A stretch of 53,425 nt of DNA, counting the filler, from Sphacelaria rigidula (taxonomy: Eukaryota), in assembly GCA_964200075.2 (NCBI GenBank). It is 4 parts of 4 records of this genome, joined end to end, with 100 filler letters (N's around TTAATTAATTAA, not from the genome) between each part and the next. Parts side by side here need not be neighbours in the genome. Positions count along the whole stretch, not along the records: positions 1 to 13,283 come from CAXNAA020002996.1; 3 more parts are not named here. One strand, written 5' to 3'. Shown one piece after another: positions 1 to 12,565 of the stretch. A program made the position numbers and the translations under genes. The notes beneath the pieces were generated by a model. That model was not told the origin of the DNA. It did not search any database and was given only the letters and a program-made list of their open reading frames with translations. Position 1 is the first letter of the stretch. Each line of letters opens with the position of its first letter.

Positions 1-262
1 GTTTGGTGGGTGGGGCTGGGGGGGGGGGGGGGGGGGGGGTGGGGGGGGGGGGGGGGGGGGGGGGGGGTTGAAGTATGATGAAAACACGACTGGTAATGGT
101 GTGCGTGTCTCTCGCGGTGTGGGCATCATTGTTGCTGTAATCAAGTGCAACGACCGCACAACTAAAAAACACGATAAGCGACATCACATCACAGTAGCCG
201 TCAGGATCCAAGTGCAATGATCTCATTCTCGTCGCATCACGTGATTTCGATCAATGCTCAAG

Positions 263-3200
263 GTGGATCTCGAGCGAGCAGAAGGTGAGGCTCTTCAAAG
301 CGCAAGCGTCTCGGCGGAAAGAGAAATGGAGATTGCCGACCGGGTTCAAGCGGCGGAAGAGGCGATGCGTAAGGCGGAAATAGACTTGGATCAGAGCAGA
401 GAGGAGGTGAGGATGGTGATGGGTAATCGGACGGTTGCAGTGGTAGTACTCGCTGTATACTCCCGCGTTTCAAACGATGCATCGTAACTTTGGCCCTACA
501 TCAAAAGATGCATCGTAACTTTGACATTGCATTCGTATTCGCCAGCGTAAGAGTAAAGAATAAGAACGTTACGTTTCGAAGCGACGATTACGCACTCCCA
601 GGTCAGGGAAGATTGCATTCTGTGGTGAAGAGCGTGGTTGTTTTTCCGACGCATACCCCAAGGTGTGTACCGTTTTTGTTCCGAGAAGGAACCATGGTAC
701 AGGAGAAGTGAGGGTTTGTTCGTCTGGCCGAAATGTCACAGGAAGTGAGTACAGCCTTTCCCGCCCTCCACTCGCGACTGTTGGACTACTCAGGTCAAGT
801 CATTGCAGGAGAAACTCCTGGTCGCTTGTGAGCAAGTGACGGCCGCAGATACCTCTGCGGCCGACCAATCAACCAAGGCACAAGAAAGACTTGCACAGCT
901 GGAATGCATGGCGGATGAAGCAGGTGGGAACCACGCGATATTTCGAGGGCGCTTGGAGTCGAGGCTGGGCGGACTCAGGGCGGCATTCGACCAGGAGGAG
1001 CAGGAGGACGGCGCCGCGGTGAGTAGGAGTAGATCTCTCGTACATATCGAATATGTGACGCTGGGGTGAATATAGGGTGCGGCCAACCCCTGTCATCGAT
1101 ATCGGAGGCAACGAAGACAGGAAAAAACTCACAAACAAGTTCGGCTAAACTAAATAGAAGCACCTGTAACGAACCTTCGGGGGGTATCAAAATCGAGGAG
1201 AGCCGAAACGACTAAACAACACACCGGGGAGCTATTCCTTGGCCAACATGACGCGTTAATCAAGGCAGAGAACTGGCTCTAATGAAATACCCCGAAAAGC
1301 TGAAAATGGCTATGAATCATAGGCTTCTTGCAGCACAGTACTCTCTTGACTTCATCTCCGGGAGATCACGCTCGCGCATGTTGACCACGCCCACACATGT
1401 TTACCCACAGGTCGCCTTGGCCGCCTTGCTGGAGGAAAAGGCTTTCACTGAATCACGTGCTAGCGAGCTCGAGAAACAGCTCGAGCACGCGAGCAAGGCT
1501 TTACGCGAAGCAGAAGCTAGGGCAGACGCCCTCACAACCGATCTCCAGGAAACCCGTCAGGAAAAGACTTGCGGCACTATCCAATTCTTGGCACCAACCA
1601 CGAGCGCCGTCACCGGTGAACAGTGCGGCCCTGCTATTTCACAGCCGTCAGAGGCGTCGGCCACTACCGCGACAGAAATGAGCGAACGACTTCCTAGCGT
1701 GCACTCTGCCCCATCAGCTACTCCTGCCGATGAAAAAGGTGAATGTGTTCAACAGCATTCAACAGCATTGGTGGACACAGCAGCGGCGGCCTCGGTGAGA
1801 GCGGCGGAGGCGCGCGCGACGAAGACAGAAGCCGCCCTGAACGAGGCCTTAGAGGCTGTGGAAGAACTGGAGGCGCGGTGCGCGTCAGCCCAAGCGAGAC
1901 AAAGAGAAATTGAGCGGGAGTTGGGGGCAACGATCGAAGCGATGGGGGGGGAGTTGGAGGAAGCTAACAGCAACGGTCCAAAGGCGAGTTCAATACACTG
2001 TTGCGGCCATGAGCTAAGGCAGGGCGTGTTCACATGATATCCGATCACTGGGCTACTTTTCGGATATAGAACGCCAAACAACTGGGGGTGCGTGTTATCT
2101 TCCAATAGTCGGACGAATCATCGCCGGTTCGAATAATCAAATCTACGAATTATGTGACTTCTTCGATCGAAAAGAGAGAAGAACATTGACCGCAGGTCAT
2201 CATCATCTCTGCGCAACATTTTGCTCTATTCCACGTGCCTGCGGTGCGCGTATTTGGGGGGTAAAATGCTGAGAAGAAGCCCAAAGGATTGATTCGTACG
2301 GAACGAATTGATGGCACAAAAAGCAAGTAATTTTGAGACGAATCACTATTCGTCCGACCCTTGCTGTATTCGCCGCCTGCTTATTACTGACGAAATCCCT
2401 ACCAGTGGGGAGAAGTCTACGCGACGAGACTCGTAACGTGACTTGAAACCATGGAGAGAGAGCCTTGTAGAAAGTAAATCGCACACGCCACAAGAAACGG
2501 ACAGATAATGCTTTCCGCAATGCTTGTCAGCGTGAAAACTAGCGGCTCTAATTTGAAAATGACATTAGATAAAGTCTATAACCCATATATCCGGCCTGCC
2601 CATGGGACGCGTTGTACGACCTTCATTCACGGCAGGCTGCTCTGTGTGCTTTGCTGGAGGAGAACAAGGTGATGGCAGCATCGAGCGACGAGGTCCGCAA
2701 AGCGCTGACACACGCGGAGGAGCGAGTTGACAATCTAGAGGTGAGCAGTCATTTTTTTTTTTCCTCACACTTCGAACCCCTCCCCTACCTCGGGATGAGT
2801 CCGTGGTCTTAAGAGATCAACCCATCTCTCCCCCGGTACGCGCCTTTCGTTTTCGTCTCGCGGGATGGGTCAGCAATCCCGCACCGCGTCAACTCACGTC
2901 ACACAAACCAGTCGACCACTTTGTTTACTCACGTTCTAACGCTTTCCACGGTGGAAATCATACATTACGAAGAAAAACCCAACGCTTCGGGGATCGGACC
3001 CCCGTTTTCTCTACCCTTATGGTGACAGTCGGACCATTACACCACCGGGGCGTGGCCGCAATTAGTCAATATACAAGCCAATCTGAGTGGGGGCGTCCTG
3101 TGGTCGGATCTGTGAACTCCTACTTCATCGGTGCTGCACGGTGTTGCACATCTGGGGGTCGGGAAATCTTTTTCAATTCCGTATCATGCGCATAGAGCGC

Positions 3201-6200
3201 TCAAATCTGGCAAAGTTCTGCCCGCGGTTTTAAGAGGGTGGCAACTCGCTCGTAAATACACAACTTTTCACCGTTGCGGGGGCATTTCCAGCTATCGCGG
3301 ATGTGGAAATGCTGCAACCGTAAGTCGTACCAGCTCCGTTAAACGTAGGGACTGCCAAGACTAGTCGACGAGCTCGTGCTACCACCCGTACGTCACGTTG
3401 GGCCGGCATGCTCGTTGCCTACCCCCCTGAGTATATCCTCGGGTGCCACGAGTCGGCGGCGCGCTCTGAAAAATCAATATTTGTCTGCTTTCAGGACCGT
3501 CTAAAGGCAGCAGAACGACTATCTTCGATGTCTCTGGGTGAGCAAGGTAGGGCACAGGATATGGAAGGTATGAACAACGAGAGCGGCGGTCCTGAAGGCG
3601 AGAGTATCTCCATCGGTGATGACTCCGAAATAGAGTCAAACTGGGGAGCATCACCTCGGCAGCAGTCCAGCGATGCTGACGGCGGCGGAATTGTGCAACT
3701 GTTAGCTGAGAGGGAGCAGCTGTTAAGGTATGTCTACTGATACACCCGTTGCCCGCGAAATCGGTTACCCACACGTGGTTAGCGGTCAAGTTAAATCGCT
3801 CGATGAATCAATCTGCCCTCGTACTGTAGGGATCAGTCTGTACACATAGTCTTGTTCAAGCACGAGTTCACGAGCAAAGTGTTGCCTTGTCTGCGCCCGA
3901 TATTTTGTACTCGAGATATCGGTGAAAAATGGTGCAAATTCGCAGATAATAAATCGTCTGTTTCCCATTCAACAGGCTGAGGCCGCATCACATGGCCAGA
4001 AAACAGACTCTCTGAGAACTGCCATTTTTGAGCCCTTTATCGCGGGTTTTGGACGGAATACGGGCCTTAGCGGATTGGGCCTCCTCCCAATGATTCTACC
4101 GCACTTTTCCGATCTTGCGTGTGCCCAGTTTTGCTTTTGGTCGGACTCCCGATTTTGTCAGTTGCCCCCAAAATCTTCGAGTCGTCGGGGAAAACTTCGT
4201 GCATTTTCCGACAACTCGAAGATCTAGGGGGCGACTGGCAAAAGTCGGAACTCCGGGCAGAGGTAAAACTGGGCATACGAAAAATCGGGAAAGTGCGCTC
4301 GAATCCTCTTGGAAGGCAGAATCTTTCAGAGAAAGCCCAATCCGCCAAGGCCCGTATTCCGCCAGAATCCCGCGATGAAAGGCTCGAAAAGGGCAGTTCT
4401 CAGGGAGTCCGTTTTCTGACTGCAGAAGCGCCTTGAGGTGAAGAGAATCGTGTGCTGGGACGACTTTCTTCCCCGGGTCGAAGGGGACCACATGTGTATC
4501 CTGCGTCCGGTCTTTACACCATTTCCATACACTCACGACACGTTTAATCTTGAAGCATGTTATAAATCCGAATGTGATTTTCGTTTGCGAGATAGCTGAC
4601 AATTTTTTTCCATGCTGGTTTACAACCCCACACCTGCTCCCGATCTGAGATTACTCAAGTGCATCAGCGTGCTCAAGCATTCGAAAAATCGAAAGCAAGT
4701 AGAAACCACAAATGGGTTGCTTGTATAGTCCTCGCCTCCCTTGTGTGTTCCGCTGCACAGATATTGCCTCCCTCACGTGCTGTCTTGCACAGAGAGCGGG
4801 AAGAATTGGAGAGAAAAATGGAAGGCATAATTGTCCTGGGAAAAGAGAAATCATACCAACGGACGATCGGAGTTGGTCGCTACGAGCTCGCCCTCGACAT
4901 CATGGAGGAGGACCTCGAGAATACCCGAGAAAAGCTAGCTGAGGTGCCCATGCATGCTTTGAAATGCAATGCTGCATTTGTCTATACTGGTGATCTCCAA
5001 TATACTGGAATTGGTCCATTTTTTGCATTCGACCCGATCCCTCCGTTTACAGCAATTGAGTGTAAGCGTTGAAAATTGCATACTTATTCTACCTACTATC
5101 CAGAAAAGCAGTGGTGAGAGACACTGCTACGAGTGCGTCGCATAGAGCCCCAGACTTACTGGAGTTCCTAGTGACAGTGCACCCGTCACCAAGTAATCAA
5201 ATCAACTCCACAAAGATAGTCGTGGGGTCAACCCCACGTGCTGAAGCGCACCGCACCGGTGCTCGAAGAGTCTGCCGGATGTAAGTTCACCCCAACACCG
5301 TAGAAACGGTATTTTGTTTGTACTACCTCGTGCGATATGAGACTTCGCATATCAACGCTATCTGAAACGAGCGTCGCATCTAGATCTACAACACGATACG
5401 GGTTGTTTGATGTCTGATGGAATCAGGGTTGCCAATTGACCTGCAAGCGTTGTTTTCCGATTTTGCCGAGTCCAGAGCTCTGTACTGCATATCGATTGTC
5501 TCCGTACAGGCGCACTCCGCTCTTCTTCGAAGCGACGTCGATGATGAACTCGAAGAACAGTTCCGTGTTCTTTGTCAGGTATGATGAACTCCAGAAGCCT
5601 ATACAAAAACTCTTCAGATATGACTGAAAATATCGATGAATACTTTCTCAACAGTGGTGGACGCACGCGGCTGAGCACGAAGTCACGTGATGACTGCCGC
5701 CTCAAAGGCAACCTGGCTATTATTCACACTGTAGATTGAAGTACACTCATCGTTCTTCAAAATCCCATAATAACGAACCTCCATCGGCATCAAGTCGTCC
5801 TGCTCTCATCGGGGACTTTCAGGCGCCCCGGCATTGCATCGCTTGGTGTGTCCCTAGGGCTTCAAAACGCGTACTGCCCAGTGCGATGTGTCATTTTCCA
5901 GCACGGTCACGATTTATTTCATTGTCGTCGCGATGATGACGCACACTCTCCCAATATTCGATGCGTTCGAATTGAGCTAGATGGTGAACAGAGTGGTTGC
6001 ATACGCCTGAAACTTCCTTCTACATAGTTTCTCCGTTCCCCCTCCCCTTGTGCCGTCGCGCCACCCTGCCGTCCTGAACTTGGCAGCGAGTCAAGAAGGC
6101 GGAAGACGGCAAAAGGAGGTACGTGAACCGTAGAACTTCAAACTCGGCACTACCAACTTGCGTTGACCAATGATTTCGAAAATGAAAAGCAAGATCGGCC

Positions 6201-9200
6201 AAGCACATGAACGACGCTGACCCATGCACGTGTTGCTGCATTGGTCTATTTTCGATATCATTTTCGATTTTTTCCTCGGGCGGGTGAACACAACGACAGT
6301 AGGCAATCCGCGTGTCAAAAATGCTGGGCTCGACAGGTGTAGTATTCGGCACAATTTGAAAATATTTGACAAATACTATCTTTCGGCCTCGAGTAGCGTA
6401 ATCGAGCGCCGCCTTTGCAGACACCAATGTAAATGTTGCCTGCTGCTGAGTAAATTTCTCTCCGAATGCAACGCCTGGTACTGGGAAACCACTGCGCTCT
6501 CAGGGTGGACGACCAACTCTCAGAGACGAGGGAACAGTTGCTCAACGCTAGTCGCGCGTTCGAAGAAGAGCTGAGCCTCGTCGCGACACACTCGAGGAGC
6601 CATACGACGACATCAATGCACGCATATTCGGACAATCGTACGTCACTTGAGCAACAAACTGTCGCACTGGCACAGAGCGACGATTCAAAGCCAATCCTTG
6701 GGGAAAATGGGGTTTTACGTGACTGCGCTGTTGATGGTTGTGCTGCTGGCGAAATATCCGGAACTGGGACCCAAGCACTGAATGCGCAGAATATGGCGTC
6801 AATGGGTATGGGTGTCGAACATGGGGACGATCACAGCGACTTCTTACATATTGTGGAAGCTGCTGGTCGTGAGGATGGGACGGCAGACTCAAGAAATGTC
6901 AGCGGCCGGGTGTCCGTCGAGGTACAGGAGCACGGAGCCGATTGCTCCGAGTGTGTGGAGAACGTTGTATATGACAGCCCAGTAGTGGAACAAGGACGGG
7001 GTCAAGGTTGTAATTACTCGGCGTCCGCTGTACCCGCGGCACAGAGCAGTAACGATGGTGTCACCACACTGATCGGCACAGGTGGTAGTGGTAGTGGTAG
7101 TGGTAGTAGTGGCGGAGGTGGTGATAGTGACTACAGTGAGACTGCGCACGATGAGCAGTCCCTCATGGACTCTCCAGAAAACACGGCTCGAGCGATCAGG
7201 ATCCAAACTGAAAAGTCCGAACCAGGAATCAATGGCTGCGATCGCCCGACGACTACCGAGACCCCGCCACAGGACCATCCAGATGTCTACGAAGCTGTAA
7301 CTGGGCCTACACGCGATCGGACCGCACAGGCCTCGAAGCCTCGTCCATTCGGAACCAAGGCCACGCGTGGCGCATCGCGGGAGGAGAGGGACGAGAAACA
7401 TGTGAACATCGAAGCATACACTGACTGTGACAAGTCATTAGCTCATCAATACGAATCTCGTCACGACTATCCAAAGCACGACGAAGTGCGTACGGCGGCC
7501 GAGAGAATGGATACACCACAGAGCGCTGATGAGGAACCAACCCCCGCCGATGCACGAAATCCGGACTGCTTCGAGGAAGCGTTCATCACCCGAGCAGCCG
7601 CTGGCTTGGCACAGGGATCCTTTGAGAAGGTGCGACCGCATAAACCCTTGGAGCTACTTACCCCTGCAACGCCACCTACTGCTAGTAGAAAGGAAAACCC
7701 ATGTAACGCAATCGAAGTTTTTCCCAGTACCGGTGTTTCTCTTCGCCTTGTCGATGGAGAAAATGGGTGTGCAGTACAAACGGCCTCAGTTGAAGAAGCG
7801 ACGCCAGCACGAAGCTTTGCATCGGAAGGACCGGTTCTCAGTGGCAAGAAAGACAGTGAGGCAAACGATGTTGTATCGTTGTGTATTTTCGGAGATTGCG
7901 ACATTCCGAAAGACGAGAAGTCACTGGTCGAGGACAGCGGAACCCGTAGGGAGGAAATGTACGAAGGAGGAAGCTGCGGGGAAGAAAAATACGTAGACTT
8001 CAACGCTCGTACCACCGGGATCCGACCGGAGTCGGAGGAAGGCGTGGAAACTAACGGTGGGATCAGCACTCGAGCATCTTTCATATCTCCCTTAACTACC
8101 CAACTTACTGCAAATGAACATCTGCCCTCGGTCTCTCCCCACGACAATTCGCTGGAGTCGCTCCAGGATACGGATATTGTCGATATAAACGTAGACGACA
8201 CCATCATGTCGGCTGGCGACAACCCCAAGGTCAACCCAAAGGTTCCTGATGCAATTTTCTGCATTCCCACGGGAACGTCTCCCGTGGGAGCACTACCACT
8301 GGGCGGTGCCCCGGGTACCACGACAAGAGCTGAGGACCCGCAAGCAAAACTCGAGCTCAACCACCCAAGTGTGCCCAAGTCTGAGCTCACAGGCGTGTGT
8401 GACAAGGCGGAATTTGACGGGCGGAAGAATGAGGGAGAGACGACGCACCTGCGAACAATCCCTGAAAGGGTATCGTCGTTCGGATCATCACGATTAGCGC
8501 GGAGGGCGAGTGCACACAAGCTGAAGGAGATGGAGGAGGATGTGGCGATGGCAGCGGCTGCAGTGGGAGTTCGCGAGGGGAATGTACTACCATTGCGACC
8601 AAAGCCCAGTGTGGTGCGAACGCTACGAGCGCTCATATCCGCCGAAGGAAAGTCACCTGAACCTGATAGGAAGAAGACACGCGGGAGAATCCCTCTTTCG
8701 AGGCTGAAGACACCGAAAGTTTACAAAGCGTCAGCCGCCTCAGATAGCCCAAACGGCCAGCAGGCGCAGGCGCCGCGGTCAACTGAATCTGCGCGAGCAC
8801 GATCAGACACCGGTGAACGTATGCCAGGCGTCGAGAAGGAAGAAACTACCGAAGTTCAGCACACGAGAGTCGACGGTGAACAGCCAACTGGAGACAACAT
8901 CAATACGTTAAGGGGGCGAGTGGACACAGTTGTGGTGTCGCTGCCACGCACGGGGAATGACCAGCGTGAACCAAGCCGCGGTAGGACACGCAGTCGGTCG
9001 AGCGCACGGCCGTCGCCAGCTCAAGATGCAACTCGACCTGGGGACAATGAAGGAGAAATGGGGCAAGCCTCGCGAGCAGGTGTCCCCTATGGACAACCAT
9101 GCGGGGTCGGAAAGACCAAGAGAAGTGGGGAAGATGACGTTGGGGAGAAAACGCGACATCGTTTGTCGGCATTATTACCCTTCCGCCAGAGCAAGACTGG

Positions 9201-9369
9201 TGCATTGTCAAGGCGATCAGAGTCGCCTCCGGCGCGATGTGGTGAAGGCGAAGACAAGACGGTGGAGAGTCGGGCAGCTCAGAGTCGGGGAAAGAAAGTC
9301 GTAGGTACGAAGCGATGGATGTCTAGGAGAAGTGGTGCTAGGTCGGAGTCGCCTGGTGCTCGAGGTTAA
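263..9369 (+). CDS. Large hypothetical protein: N-terminal coiled coil followed by a long disordered acidic/Ser-rich then basic tail; 8 exons visible, 5' end outside the window
   Basis: Phase-compatible exons 263-406, 794-1018, 1411-1983, 2636-2740, 3495-3727, 4793-4943, 6087-6118 and 6504-9369 sum to 4329 nt (1443 codons incl. TAA). All acceptors are AG; donors are GT except AAG|GCGAGT at 1983/1984. Exons 1-7 are E/A/R/L-rich heptad-like (e.g. ELEKQLEHASKALREAEARADAL). Confidence 0.85.
2752..3057 (-). mobile_element. tRNA-derived SINE, copy 1 (intronic)
   Basis: Minus strand has a head GCCACGCCCCGGTGGTGTAATGG (A-box-like) and GGGTCCGATCCC (degenerate B box). The body shares TGCGGGAKTGCTGA, GGAGAGATGGGTT and TCCCGAGG..GGAGGG with the copies at 24.0 and 36.7 kb. 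It ends in an A11 tail. Confidence 0.75.
3981..4432. mobile_element. ~450-bp fold-back (imperfect palindrome), MITE-like, in intron 5 of gene 1
   Basis: CAGAAAACAGACTCTCTGAGAACTGCC...GGAATACGGGCCTTAGCGGATTGGGC pairs with GCCCAATCCGCCAAGGCCCGTATTCC...GGCAGTTCTCAGGGAGTCCGTTTTCTG. Arms pair up to a short loop near 4198; termini GGC...GCC; no clean TSD. Confidence 0.8.
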
Positions 9370-9876
9370 ACATCCAGAAATTTGTGCTGTGAAGTTGGTT
9401 CTAGGCTAGGGTTGTGCTACGATGATACTGCTTCCTTTGTCCAGCTATCCTGTGGTGCAAATGTGTGTAAGTGCACGTGTGTTGCATTGTACGGGAGATG
9501 GTCTGTGGCGGAGCAACACTGTTGCGATGTTGTAAACGAGAACTGAGAGAGATGCTGGGCAAGATCCAAGGTGTTGGTGTAAGTATCAAGGGGTGTAGTT
9601 TCACAAATCACAACCTTTTTAATGCCAGACGATGAAGAGCCTTCCAACGTTCGCCTTTCAAAGTGTCGTCGTTCACTTCAAGATATTACAACTCCCCAAA
9701 CGAGCACGTTAAGGCTACCTTGCTTGCCGTCAGGGTTGTGCCGCAAAAACACATAAAATTAAACACGCCGCAAATGGTCATGAAGTGTACTGGCTAACGG
9801 AACACATACCGTAGCAGTCCTGGCCATCGATAGCCATGTTACGGTATTTCAAAGAAATTTCTGAACCCACGAATGT

Positions 9877-11515
9877 TCATTGAAGTAGAACTTGGGGAAC
9901 CTCTTCTGTGTAGTCTGTAATTTCGCTCGCATGTCTCCAAGCCGCTGCCAAAACCCCCCTGTATGGCTCCGGCATGCTGCTGAGGATCGTTACAGGAACT
10001 ACATCTGTGCCTTCGCCGCACACCTCGCGTTGACTATTGCACGCCCTGGTTAAACCATTATCACGACGAGTCGTCTCTGGTTCAAAGGCCTGCGATTCCT
10101 CCAGTTCGAGCAAGAACAAATCTGCGGCAGAGAGGAGCTTGCACGTGCTATGCAACGCCGTGAAAAATACATTCCGGGTAGCGTCAACGCCGCCACTTGA
10201 AGCATTTTCCCTACTGGCATCCATGCCGGCATGTGCTCCGTCCACCTCATCGTCATCCCAGTCGTCCCAATCGCTAGCAGCTTCCTCCCCCCCGCATACA
10301 TCCTCCCTATTCCTTCCCAGAAGTTCCGAATCGAGTAACAGCGATGACTGTAGACCATTCAGCGGATTCGAAAGGGACTGGGATATCGCCCCAGTCTCGT
10401 GCTCTGCTATGACAGTTCCCGAGTACCGCAGTAGAAGGTACCCGCCGACTGTTTTCAGGAGCTCTATGACACAGTCCCTGATCCCACTTTTAGTCCTCAA
10501 TGGAATCAACGAAGCTTGATGAGCTGCGGGTGCTAGCCGTGGAAAAGTTCTCTCGTGTTGCGCCGAAACCGCATGCGCGTAACTACTCTGTTCTAGGACA
10601 TTGGAGATGGAAAGTCCTCGCTGTGCTCTGTTCCTATCCGAACGAAGAATATCAAGAAGATGTATAACGGTCTCCTTTGCGATAATGCAACACATAGCAA
10701 ATAGGGTTGGATCAACCCTGTTCTCCACGAGCATCCTGCTGAGTACCTCGAGGCACGAACAGAGGAGTGCCGCACGCTCAGTTGGATCACCTACAATCAT
10801 AGCAGTCGCGTGGTCAGGAACAACAGATGAACGTTTCAGACCGGCTGAGGTTGTTGGTGGTACGTCGGCGCTGTTCTTTTTCTCTTCTGCCGCTGCAGTA
10901 GTATCGGGATTCGCTTGTCCTTCTGTTTGGTGCTCCCCCCACGGTTGTGTTCCGAAGTCATGACTGACAACGATTTGGATTGCTGAAAGGAGGACCGCGC
11001 GGACTTCGGACGGTGCGACGGAGATCCAATTGATACTTCCTTCGCGTGCCTGTTTCGCGAAACAATTTCGTAAACAAAATGGGGTGACTCGTCTTGAGTA
11101 GCGTTTTTCCTGGAAGCTTGTGTGCATTTTGCCTTCATGAAAAGGAATGGTGTTTTTTAGATAACCAACCTGGAACTGCACACATATGCTTCACTCACTT
11201 GAGCACGGAATCCTTCAGATGACTGAATTTCAGAAACTATCCAACCCCATCACTTCAGAGAGCAGTTACTCATTGCGACCACTTGTTACCTCACACGTAC
11301 GTACACTGCCCCTCAAGATGTATCATGATAAGGTACAATCGTAGATATCCATTGCGTCACCTTCGAAACTAACGTTATCTTTTCACAGTCATCCTAGTAC
11401 TCGCCTGGAGCCAGTTGAGTAGAGCTGGTAGAAGGCACAGACGCTGACGTGGTCGCAGAAACCGCATGTAGCCAGGGAGAGCCCGCACAATACCAGCGCT
11501 GAGCTGTCGGTCCAG
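9877..11515 (-). CDS. 3' part of a hypothetical protein gene (helical, with an acidic DWDDWDDDE motif near the C-terminus); upstream exons not resolved
   Basis: Terminal exon 9877-11169 (TTCCAG|GTT acceptor, about 430 open codons). Preceding exon 11405-11515 (LDRQLSAGIVRALPGYMRFLRPRQRLCLLPALLNWLQ) joins in phase 0 through CAG|GCGAGT. The acceptor at 11515 is the best guess. Confidence 0.7.
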
Positions 11516-11849
11516 CTGGAGAGTCGCGAGCATTCTCGCGCGGTCATGATGGGGAAATGATAACCCAGAAGGCGTACACAACATGGAGGAAAACATATCG
11601 ACGTATATCACTCGTCTGTCCTTGTCTAACAAAATCAACTGTGTGTGGCAAACAGGACTTCGAATGTTTTCGTGGCAGATAACACAAAGAAGAAACGGAA
11701 ACAATTCACGAGCGATCCTCGCGGTAGTAACATGCAGAATCGAACCAGACTGCTACTGTTATGATCTGGAATATTTCCCCCCGGTGGATAGAGAGTCGCT
11801 TCCCGCGCAAGCAGGCGTCTCCTAGCCTACCACCTAGTCAAGCATGGCA

Positions 11850-12440
11850 ATAGCCAATGGTAGTGTCCGAAAATATCACACCCTGGACAAGACAATATAC
11901 TTCTGATATATGTTGGTCGATCATATCGGAATATGGTGATATGCTGTCGGCGTAATATATGTTGATACCCTGGGACTGCACTCGCACTGCCCGCCCAATA
12001 TATACTGGTACGATGAGATTGCACACGTAGTATCCCGTCAATTATATTGGGGCTTGTGGGGGACGACATGTTGCACGACCAATATGTATATATATTGGGG
12101 TCGCATAGGTGACAACGCATTGCCCGGTCAGAATATATTGGGATCGTGTGGGCGACAACATATTGTCCGGTCCGTACATACTGGGGCCGTATGAGTGGCA
12201 AGGTAGTGCCCGGTCAGTATGTATATCGCGGTTGCGTTTGCTACAATAAATGTCACCTACCATTGAGCGGGTGCATCGATTTCGATAATGTGTTCCACCA
12301 GACTATATTAATCAAGTACTGTACTCTGCTGCGCCCTGGACATCCTCCCGGCCGACGAATCTCACATCCAGTGTAGGTGATATATTCCCTGTACAATATT
12401 TCGACGCGTCGTGAGCGTGACATACATATTGGCCGGATAG
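11850..12440. repeat. Degenerate minisatellite-like region with recurring ATATATTGG/CCAATATAT motifs
   Basis: AATATATGTTG, CCAATATATACTGG, ATATATTGGGG, AATATATTGGG, CATATTGTCCGG and CATATTGGCCGG recur at irregular spacing of tens of bases. Confidence 0.45.
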
Positions 12441-12565
12441 TGTGATAGCAAAAGAGTCGACCCGGTATATACCTTCTTTGACACCCATCTGGCCAACGGT
12501 GCGATACCGTTCACCCCCTTCACAATACGAGCTGGGCCAGGCTAGAGCCGGCATGGAAGTTTGCA

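Noticed and set aside
1..67. Long poly-G tract as a functional G-quadruplex element
   Set aside because: It sits at the window edge and similar runs flank the assembly gaps, so its length is unreliable.
5579..5627. Candidate extra exon after TTTGTCAG
   Set aside because: The phase-0 entry needed after exon 6 reads GTA TGA (stop); the gene splices cleanly without it.
7467..8636. 389-aa minus-strand ORF
   Set aside because: Antisense shadow of the long + strand exon; Ser-rich, no motif.
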